64,000 bases of DNA from Octopus sinensis (lineage: Eukaryota). The position numbers were made by a program, and so were the translations under genes. The notes under the pieces were generated by a model. The model was not told the DNA's origin. It ran no database searches and saw only the letters and a list, made by a program, of their open reading frames with translations. The stretch lies in contig NW_021835997.1 of NCBI RefSeq assembly GCF_006345805.1, forward strand, positions 124,001 to 188,000, read 5' to 3'. Shown here in pieces: positions 53,987 to 64,000 of this stretch (position 1 is its first letter; each line of letters begins with the position of its first letter).

Positions 53987-56168
53987 GGTACTTTTGTCGA
54001 AGTGGTCGCAGTTTTTTTAGGCCTTTTAAAAAATCTAATAATTTTTGAGGTGGAATATATTATATTTTATTTAAGTCGCTCTATCAATAATTTAAAATAT
54101 TATTAAATTTTTTACTAATTTATTTTCTAATTTTTTTAATATTATGGCGAGCATGTACCTAATATTGATATAAACTGGCACTATAGGTCACATGGAAAAT
54201 TCTGTTGTGGACTTATGCAACATCAAATTCCGACAGCTCCCAATACACCCCTCGACAAAAAATTTGGTTATTTAATCTTTCCTGCTTTTTTTCATTTAAA
54301 AACGAATAAATTCATACTTTAAGATCCTTTAGATCTTCTAAAATAATATTTATTTTGTATTTATAATTAAAATAGATTTAAATTTTAATATTGCAAGAAA
54401 TTTAAAGCATGTCGGCAATTAGGTTAGTGACATAAAAATTGGTTATAAAATTTTAACCGTCAAATTATGCTAGTATTTAGAGATTGATCTTAATAAAAAA
54501 ATATTTTTAGATATAATACTCTCGATTCGTTTATGAAAGGGAAAATAATTGCGCTATACGACTTAAATATGTCATATATTAAAATTTCTAAAGAAACCGG
54601 TGTTCCATATTCAACAGTCGTAAATTTTATCAAGAAATACAATAAAACTGGATCATATGACCGCCAACATGGTTCTGGAAGACTATCAATTTTGAATAAT
54701 GTGCAAATTAATCATTTGGTACGCACATCAGAGGAAAATTCATCTTTAACTGCTTCTGAACTCTCTAATGAAATATAAAAGTTTTCTGGAACACGTGTCT
54801 CGTCTCGAACCATAATACGAAATTTAAATAAAAATGGAATTTTCGGAAGAATTGCAAAGAAAAAACCACTTCTAACAAAAAAACACATGGTTTCCAGATT
54901 CAAAAAATTTCTTTAAATTTCAGACCATTATTTTGGATCAATAATCTTTCCTGATGAATGTATTTTTTAATTATTAACGACCCAAAAAAGAAAAATTGTG
55001 TATAGAAAAAATTTTAAATAAATAAATCCTAAAATATTACTCCAACTGTCAAATTTGAAAAAGGTAAATTGTGATGTAATAAAAAATTAGGGAAAATCAT
55101 GGTGTGGGGTTGTTTTTCCTATCATGGGGTAGGCGATTTGGTATTTATAGACAAGACGCTTAATGCTGCAAAATATCAATCTATTTTGACAAATAATTTG
55201 CCATATTCTGCACAAAAAATGAGGATTGTTGACTATATTTTTCACCCCAGCCATCCCATCAAAATGATTATTCAATATTTTTGCGAAAAACATATTAAAA
55301 AATTAGAATGGCCTTCGCAATCTCCGGATTTAAATCCGATAAAGCATTTGTGGGCTTATATGAAGGTTCAAATTAGGCAAAGAAAAAATGAGAACATTCA
55401 GGCACTGAAGGAAAATCTATTAGATATTTGGAATTCTATTCCATCAAAAACACTTGAAAAATTAGTTGAGTCAATGAAAAAAAGGTGTTGGGAGATCTAT
55501 TCGGCAAAAGGAGGTTATTCTACATATTAATCTCACAATAACCAAATTTTATGCCAATGAAAGTCGTTGTTTTTTCCAAATTTCTTAGACAAAATTTCAA
55601 AATTTAAATAATTAAATTAATTTTTATCAATTTTATCAGATTTTAAAATATATCTGAAGAAAAAATTAAATCATTCTTTGTATGAATGAAGTAAGTTGAA
55701 GATTCACCAATATTTATGTCGAGGGGTGTAAGTAAGGAGGATGCAGTGCATTTTTTTTTTTTTGGATCCAACGACGGGAGTGCACACCCAGACAGTAGAA
55801 CGAATGTGGGGAAGTGCAAAATGCAAGAATAAAGCTCAAAGAGGAGCTGTAAGACATCATCTGGGATCTTATTTCGCAGGTTTTTTTAGTTAGTTATTTT
55901 TTCAGAATTTATGTGGCGAAAACAAATACAGAACTATAAGGAATCTTTTGCACAGATTGTAAAAGACATAAATTCCTTCTACAGTCCTGGAATTTGGATG
56001 CCGCGTACTAAAAATGACTAAATTGGTTAAATAAATTTTTAAATAATTTTAATAACCATTTAAATTATTGATAGAGGGTTATAAATTAAATAATCTATTT
56101 TTCACTAAAAAAATTAATTAATTTTAATTATCTTCTAAAAAAACTGCGACCACTTCGACAAAAGTACC
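53987..56168. mobile_element. Non-autonomous element with Merlin-like ends
   Basis: TIR GGTACTTTTGTCGAAGTGGTCGCAGTTTTTTTAG, GG..CC termini, 8-bp TSD GTTTTTTG; no transposase, so the superfamily is inferred. Confidence 0.75.
54246..55728 (+). mobile_element. Tc1-like transposon, frameshifted
   Basis: 23-bp imperfect TIR CACCCCTCGACA.., TA TSD; MVWGCFSYHGVG, WPSQSPDLNPIKHLW. Confidence 0.92.
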
Positions 56169-58017
56169 GTTTTTTGAAATCTCTCTGGACACTCACTCAT
56201 TGATTTTTGTAATTCATCAGCTTTATCACCTTTGAAAACTCCGCAAGGCACTTGGGTCGGCACCAGGAGATCCAAAAATGGCAGCTGTATGTATATATAT
56301 AATCAAATTGACTATGTTACCTTCCCAATCTATTATAGAGATTGTTGTCAGACTCTATGAGTTATGGAAGAACGATAAATTACAGTGACTATAACCTGAC
56401 AGTTGCCAGATTGAAACTTAAACGATAATTCAGAATCGAGGCAGTAAAGAAAAAAAGTACGTCTCTAAATGGACGTTTGGCTGTGGAAATATTGAACTTT
56501 GACAATTGGCAAAAGAGATACCAACAAGATATTTCTAAACGTCGACATGAGGTTGAAACCAGTGGCACCCCTTCAATTGATCTTGTGGATATCTTCGATA
56601 TTTAAAAATAATTGCCAATTGGGACTATTTGATACTAGGAAATTCCTAGAAACAAAAATATTATTCATGATTCTGTAATTAGAGACTTTTTAGAGCAACT
56701 AAAAGAATTAGCTTTAAAACTCGGAAGCTCAAATTCGAATAAAAGCAAATTAAAAAAGGAGTTCAAAGAAAATAGAAAAAAATTGAATAACAGAATCTCA
56801 TTTTTCGGTAAAAAGGAGCTTATTTGACTGTAACTTTAATTGAAGTGGACATTATCTTACACGACAGCTTAAAGCGAGTTAAAGTGAAGAATTTTGTACA
56901 AATGCGACCTGTTTGCACACGAACTGGCGGTGTTCTATGAAACAAAAGTAAAGATTATTTTTGTAATCTTGGCATGAAATGGAGTTTTCTCAAAATTCTT
57001 TAAAAATCATATGGATAAGTTATCCATTGAAAAATAACAAGGACATACACCCAGTCGGTTACTCTAAATAGGACACTTGGGAGTATGCTCATTGAACACA
57101 AACATAAAATGAAGGTTGACGACATTGACTACTCCTTGCTGCCAATTAATTTGTAAAATCGGCATGCGAGAAGACAATTAGCTGAATAAAAACCTTGACA
57201 CGAAAATAGAAAATAAAAGGAAGTTTGTGGCAAACTCTTCTTCCAAGTGAAGAAGGGAAATCACTGACGATCTGGAATCTTAATTAGATAATTTTGTTGA
57301 CTACAATTAAGCGATTTGAATTGAATAATACTAATATTGCAATTCCCACATTGTAAAGATTCTTAGGTACCACTGCACTCGCCTAATCAAGCAAACTCTC
57401 AAAATCAATCAGACACGTTGACATTTATTCTAAAATATTGACAGGTAAAACATTTCCTCTACCACTGCAGACCTGAATGCATCATCTTGGTACATAGAAT
57501 GCAGTCATACTCCACAGAAGCCTAAAAGCCAAATCAAAGTAGTGAATTAAGTCCTTCGAGTCAGTTTCTCCACAACCAAATTTTTTCCCCACCGACTCCA
57601 AGTTTTCTCTATGTTCGAAAATTTAGTCGGTGAAGAAGGAAATGATCCCTAAATCGACCAATAAAATGCGGAAGATAAACGCATCAACACAAAATCGCTT
57701 TGGTCAAACCAGACTAAGTCAGGAGCATTGTCAGTAGCCTGGATTGGCAGAAAATTGAGAACATATAGGCCAAGGACTACGCTAGATCTGTCAAAATTTC
57801 GTTCAAAATAAAAAAATCAAAACCTGACATTATAGTCTAAGTTATTCCAGTACAGGAGTCTGTGTGCATACATATTCATCTGTCAGTTCCGCATTTCCGT
57901 CTATGATATTATCGCCAATATCTCGATTTTCACGACGCATTTAACTTTAGCGAGATTTGTGATGTTTGAAAAGTCTTTGTGATCAAACCTTCTAAGTTTT
58001 GTGAGGTAAATCGTTCT

Positions 58018-58500
58018 TTAGGAGATTAAAACTGCTAAATTCGCAAAGAAAGCAAGGTTCAAAGACCTCGGTCGATGGCCTGCCTCGGCAGTCGTTTGAG
58101 AAATAAGATCTTTTAAGTGGCCTGGGCGTAGTCCGTCTAGGCCCCCACAGCTGCTTTTCCCGAAAGATTGAATTGAACGTTTGATTTCCTCGTACGTCAG
58201 AGTTAGAACTGAAGTGTCTCTTGGGCGTTCAAGAAGTCGGAGGTCGACGAGAGGGTCCGGATGTCTGGTTTTCAGCTTGTCGAGAACGTCGGGAGTTGGA
58301 AGTAAGACAGTGTCGTCGTTCATGACAGTGCGGATAACAGCTCGGATGTCGCCTTCAACCAGCTTGCTACTGACACGTTGATTCAAGTTCCGCCCGAAGT
58401 TGTAGTCCAGGTTAGGATGCTTGTTGTTATACTTCTTGGGTTGTGTGAAGGACAGGTTTGCGGGAGAAGTCTTTGGTAGAGAGGAGATCTTGTTGATGTT
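58018..58500 (-). mobile_element. CRE-clade LINE, pre-RT fragment
   Basis: KLVEGDIRAVIR..KLKTRHP..IQSFGKSSCGGLDGLRPGHLKDL. Confidence 0.8.
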
Positions 58501-58615
58501 CTGTTTGATGTCACAGTGGCTGTCAAAATTAATTGCATTGGTTTCTAATTAATAAACGTTTCAACAATAAAAAATTTATTAAAATTAAGCGTCTTTTTTT
58601 ACTCGATTCATATTA

Positions 58616-59900
58616 TGTGACATGGGTGATAAGGCCCCTATGGACAACCTGTCCTTTTACGTGTTTCTATGGCAACTACTTAGCAAATTATTACAGATTT
58701 GTTCCTAGAATCCCTCGATAACGCTTGAATGGGGTCTCATTCGAAAACGAATGCATCGTTGTATTGTAGCAATACACCGAATATTCGAGAATGGACACCC
58801 ATTTATTTTCATCAGGGCACTTCAACTTCGCTATTGATCTCGTGATTGTCTGGTTAAAACGTTCGACTATACCCTACAAAATAATGTATTCCATAAGATG
58901 ACTTGTGATCTAGGGTTATTAGATCTGCCGTGGTGGATATGTTGAATTTTGAACCTCTCGCAAAGTACTCGAATCTCATTATTTTTGAATTCTGTCCCAT
59001 TGTCGGATTGCAGAATCTGACAGGGACCATTTAGATAAAATAGGGACTCGAGATTTTTTGAAACCTCGAGTCCTGACTTGTTAATTAATGGCCTAGCAAA
59101 GCCAAAACTATGATAATTATAATCATAAAACCGACTATAGACGTCAATAACGGATAGAATCCATTTGTATCCTCCGTTGACATTTTCAAACCTTTTCAGA
59201 TGGATCAGATCTATTTGAAACCGCTCATTCGGAGCAGAGGCGAAAACATGGTTAGTTTCATCCGCGGTCTAAACGATTACTAAAACAGACTTAACTTTAA
59301 GTGGAAGAGAAAACTTACAGATATCACACTCGGATATGACTTTTCTTACGACATCACTTTTCACGATGAAGTAATGACGGCGACAGAGAAATTCAATCTT
59401 GTTGACGCCTCCGTGAGACATCAAATGTAGAGAACGAGCATGGGTCTCCATCTCTGCTCGACAGTCCAAAGGAATGACTAATTTCTCAAATTTCCCTTTC
59501 AAATAAAGTCTTTAGATTAAAAAAGATTAATACTTATCATTTTTTTGAAAAAAATTGGAAGCTTTTTTGGCCAATCGGCGTTTGCTTCGGGCATTCATAT
59601 CCTCCGGGAATATCCCGATTAACGCATCCTTAATTTGATTGTATTCGTTAATATTTCTAACGTAACCCTTATACACAGACATCACAAAGTGTGAGAAACC
59701 ACGCTGTTAAAATTAATATACTTTTGGGTAAGCCATTTTTAAAAGATAATTCAAATGTAATTTTAAATTAGAATAATTGATTAATCTACACTCTTCCATA
59801 TATAAATTGCTATATTCAATATTTAATACCTTTTCTGCGGTTTTTATAGAAACGCGTAAAAGGACAGGCTGCCCATAGCGACATAGTCGCCCATGTCACA
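58616..59900 (-). mobile_element. Ginger2/TDD-like DNA transposon
   Basis: TGT..ACA termini, ~55-bp imperfect TIR TGTGACATGGG.GA...CCTGTCCTTTTAC.(T/C)GTTTCTAT, 5-bp TSD TATTA (58611-58615 / 59901-59905). Confidence 0.9.
58691..59682 (-). CDS. Intron-containing integrase-type transposase (H2C2 + DDE), frame intact
   Basis: After removing introns 59510-59533, 59269-59295, 59108-59131, 58874-58902: LHLMSHGG..CDIC..RFQIDL..LQSDNGTEF..GIVERFNQ with no stops. Confidence 0.85.
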
Positions 59901-61696
59901 TATTAATTATTTTAGATACCCCGAACGTGTCTTAATCTCAAATAATATAAAATAAACCACTAGTCGATTTTATGACAAAATTTATAAAGTCTGTTGGAAT
60001 TCGTGTCAAAGTCTCCTTGGAATCGTCCATTTGGTCTTTTGGCAATCACATGGAATTTAGAATCGGAAATCTGCGATTAATTTTTAAATTTTGTACTTTA
60101 AGTGGAATAGAAAACTTACAAATTGTGCATTATTTGTAACTCTTTCTACAATTTTCCGCAAAATAAGAGTGTAAACATTCCTGCTGCAGTTTGAGAATTC
60201 CAGAATGGCTATTTCGATAAATAGAATCTGCAATAGTTTACATTTCACTTTCATTATCTATGCAAATAACTTGTTTGTGCTTTCGAATAGATTGATATTC
60301 TTGATATTTTTCATAAAAACTATTATTATAGGGAAAAACATTTTAAAGAGGGAATGTTGAAAATTCAGAAATAGCGCTAAAAATATTAAATATGAGTAAG
60401 GCATGGTAGAAACAGTGTTAATTATGACACCTAACCTTGTAAAAATGATCTATTGACAAGTAACATGTAGCCAGCATGGGAGGCGACAGATTATTGGGAT
60501 GAAAAATCCAGCGAACATCTAAAATTACACAAGTTCATTTTCAATATATATTTTTATTCCAGTCATTAGAGTCAGATGATAACATTGAAAAAACGGAAGA
60601 ACAAATTCCACAAGAAGTCCCATCAGACACAATCCCTAAAATTGTGATTTCGACGAATGCTCTTTCGGCAAATGAGGAGTCCAATGATACGATTGATGAC
60701 CAACAAGACATTCCGGACGGTGCTAATCTTTAAGCGAAAGAGAAAGGCAGGACGACGAGTTCACAAACGAAGAGATAGTCAACTCAGAAGAAAACTGATC
60801 TTATAAATTACACTAACAATTTAAATCGCGGATTTTATTTATTGATTCTAAAGGATTAACTTCAATTCGCTTGCAAAAAGATCGCATTGATGTAATTTCT
60901 CGACTTCCACATGCTTCAAAGATTGTTGATCAAAAATGAAAGGCCGGAGAACATTTATTTTATAGGAAACCTGATTCCTTTGTCTCTAGTTATAAAAATG
61001 AATTCAAACTCATATCTTTTTTAATACATTATTTATTATAATATTTATTTTTATGTAAAATATTTTAATAATTTTGTAAAGTTAAATATTAATATCTGCA
61101 TGTTTTGTCTGTTTTTGTGCATATGTCATAGTACTATCATACAATGGTAGTTTCCCAATGATGCTACAGTATTGTGCTATCTGTATGTATGAGCACTACA
61201 TTCAATAGTCTAGCTTAAGTATGGTAATTAACCGCAACAACTTATGTACTCGTTTTTTTCAACACTTGACGGTCAAGAACTTGTTTTAACTTAATAAAAA
61301 ATTAACAAATTATAATTAATAGTTATTCCCTTTTCGTTATTTGTAGTGTTTTATTCCATCAACCTCTTAGGGCCCACATTCTGTGCACGGATGGGCAGAT
61401 TCATGTCAACTCTTCCTCTTAGGGCCCACTATTCCATCGTGACTCCATAAATCAATCTTCTCAGCTTTAAAATAGGCAGTCCCGTCCAAAGTGATTCAGA
61501 TTATGTTGCGCCTAATTGTTTTTTTGCAGTATTCAAAAATGGCGATTTTTTCTTTTAAATTCAGAGATTTATAGCGATTGTTAATTATCAGCGACATATT
61601 TGTTCTAATAGAAGTAAGCTGTATTTTGATAAACTTATAAAAAAACACAATGACTCATCAAAACAAAGACACGTGACTAATTTTTTAATCAATTAA

Positions 61697-62055
61697 TTAA
61701 GCATTGACAAATTGACTTGAAGATGGTATAGATTCAGGGGCTACCTCTTCAACAGGCATCGATAGCCCATGCCTTGTCTCGGCTTGCATGCTTTCTAAGA
61801 TCTTTTGCAACACCAGTGTCTGGATGTATGTCTTCACCCTGTTTTCCACACCAAGCACCGCCAGATGGTTTTTGAAGAATTTTGACATTATTCCGTCCCA
61901 GGTCATGACGACAGGGACGATCTTTACTTTCGCCCGGTGGATTGCTCCCAGTTCATTCGCCAGCAAGTCGTATTTGTGGAACTTTTCCACTTCGACCTGT
62001 TTGAGACAATTTTGTGAAGTGATCCCCACCTCGATAAGAGTAATTGTGTTTCTCG
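61697..62055 (-). mobile_element. RLE-type (R2/R4-group) LINE 3' remnant
   Basis: LIEVGITSQ..EKFHKYDLLANELG..IVPVVMTWDG. Confidence 0.8.
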
Positions 62056-62659
62056 ATTTTCCTTAACTTAATATATAAACCACTTTTAAAAAGAAGAAAC
62101 AGTTTTCAGGATACTTTTATAAGATAAGATGAGCATTCATTGAAAGAATAACGACTAAAAACAATATAATGTGATGTACAATAGAGAATCATTAATGGTA
62201 TGATTACAAAATTGAATTTAGTCAACTTGTTCAAAGCAATCAATGAATATGCCGAGTCGTTATATAATTATTTTGGGGTTTTCCGTTTTTAATGTAGAAA
62301 TCCCAGGCGTTGAAGAATACAATGACTAATAGTATAATTTGGAGTCATTTTCTTAACTTTTGGTATAACTCCAGAAAAATTTCCGATCATACATTTTTCT
62401 CCATCAGTACGGACATCCTCACATTTATTCCAATTTATGTTTTGTGTAATAAAATAAATGTTAATAGTGTTAAAAATATTTTTCCCTGTATAACTCGCAT
62501 ATTAAAAGTAACTATCGATAATTAACATTCAGATATTAATTAAGCTTCTCTTTCTGGTCGCTACATCGTCTATTCGCAAAGTGATTTAGGTATTCCTTCC
62601 CTTTGAGGTACTGGCGATGTTGAAAACTCACTTATTTGGTGATAAATCTCGTTTATTCT

Positions 62660-64000
62660 TTTGTTCAATTCAAGCGTTCTTTACCACATTTCAACTCTGT
62701 TTCTATATGAAACAATCTTGTTTTCAAAAGTTTTCTTTACATTGAGTGATTGAATGTATGCGTGCGTTCTCTCACTGATGTTAGACCAACGTGCATATCG
62801 TAGGAATTTTTGAGTAACCAGCCCATTCCATGTTAATATAATAGGTACTATTTTCACTTTCGCATGATAGATTAATTCCACCTCTTTGGATAAAAGGTCA
62901 TATTTTCTCATTTTTAGATTGCCACTTGTTGTAAGTTTTGAAAAGATGTTATCCCAACTTCCACCAACAAAATTTGATTCCTTATCTTATCGAAAACAAA
63001 CAAATCGGGTTTGTTGTGTTCCACGATTATGTCTGTATTTAGAAGTGTCTTCAGTCTGATTTCAACCTTCACATTCGCCGGTACAGATTCTACCGATTGT
63101 GTTTTGAGTTTTTTATCGTTCTTGAGTCCAAATTCTCGACAAAAATGAAAGTGGATGTATCTCACTACTTCATCATGGCTCCTGACATAATCTCCATTTA
63201 ACATCTTCTCACATCTAATGGCACAGTGATCGACGGTCTTCTTCCATCTCATGCAGTGAGAACACATTGAGTTATGTTCTGCAAAAATAAATTTCCATCT
63301 TGCACGAGACAGACCGTGGGATTTATTTCCTTTGGCCACTCAGTGACTAGAGTTTTTGACATTCACAAAATCCTCCGAATGAAAACATTCTGAAAAAATC
63401 TGGTCTAGTAGGTACTTGTTCTGGGCACCGACCAATAGTTCTTTGTTAAATAAAACTGATTCTTCAAGAAGATATTTATGCTTCAAATATTCTTCAATAG
63501 TCTCCAGATGAGTTTTTGAGCATTTCAGAATGAAGAATCGAAAAGCTTCTTTTTCACACACCACTTTGGTTTTTTAAGTCCGTAGGAAATCAAAAAAGCA
63601 TGAGTACACTTAGAAGAGAAATTGAGCTCAATCCTCCTCCAAAATTGTTCCGGGGGAGGTATAATCTCTGTTTTCTTCCCGTAGAAAATGTATCTTGTGT
63701 TCTATTAACTTTGTCCAAATCGTATCGTCTATTTCATATTTAAATGATCCAATATCGACTAATCCAATGTAATAGTTGTACGGTGAGAGAGTGTGTTCAT
63801 TAATTGCTTTGAACAGGTGCACTCCATTAGTTTTATATTTGTTAATCTTTGAATTCTCGTGATTATTTCTCCACGAATTATTTTAATCATGTCCGGTTTA
63901 AAAATTTTTCTAGCTCAACTCTCAAGTAGTCACAAATACTTGTATCCATCAATTTCGTCAAAGACTTTTGCTTTCGCTGATAACAATGGGATATTTGTGG
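62660..64000 (-). mobile_element. RLE-type LINE remnant (RT end, CCHC, PD..E endonuclease), decayed
   Basis: GYKYL, CSHC..TVDHCAIRC, SHDEVVRYIH, HNKPDLFVFDK..LVEVGITS, KYDLL. Confidence 0.83.

Larger units (their letters stand above)
53530..56230 (+). mobile_element. RTE-like APE endonuclease remnant interrupted by nested DNA transposons
   Basis: GLGFAI..NDRVAVM..IFNVYAP..DELDEFYE..DAKAG before 53986, and GHSLIDFCN after 56177. Confidence 0.65.

Noticed and set aside
59704-59721. 18-nt first intron of the Ginger transposase
   Set aside because: Shorter than every other intron seen, and a downstream ATG at 59682 suffices; left unannotated
61365-61430. Two copies of cctcttagggcccac
   Set aside because: 15-bp direct repeat with no supporting structure

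Overview
AT-rich animal genomic DNA with extremely short GT-AG introns (21-30 nt). Metazoan-type SLC6, Mi-2/CHD, PIWI and DCST genes plus this intron size suggest a reduced parasitic metazoan; dicyemid-like is the best guess (inference only). Only three genes read through cleanly after splicing: an SLC6 transporter (1-1170, runs off the window), a WD40 gene (~46.8-47.8 kb) and the transposase of a Ginger2/TDD-like element with four or five tiny introns. The rest is a patchwork of intron-retaining fragments or pseudogenes of conserved genes (DCST1/sneaky, CHD3/4/5, MSH5, proteasome beta, NSF, PIWI, acid phosphatase, EXOSC4, SF3B3, SLC17, AMPK-beta). These are interleaved with many transposon types: Helitron, pogo/Tigger, Tc1, Buster-type hAT, Merlin-like, Ginger, and CRE, RTE, I/Jockey-group and RLE LINEs. 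A direct tandem segmental duplication (A 3625-21050, B 21458-36878) occupies half the window, and each copy shows the empty site for the other's insertions. No prokaryotic features or CRISPR array. All calls come from manual translation and remembered family motifs; no database search was run.
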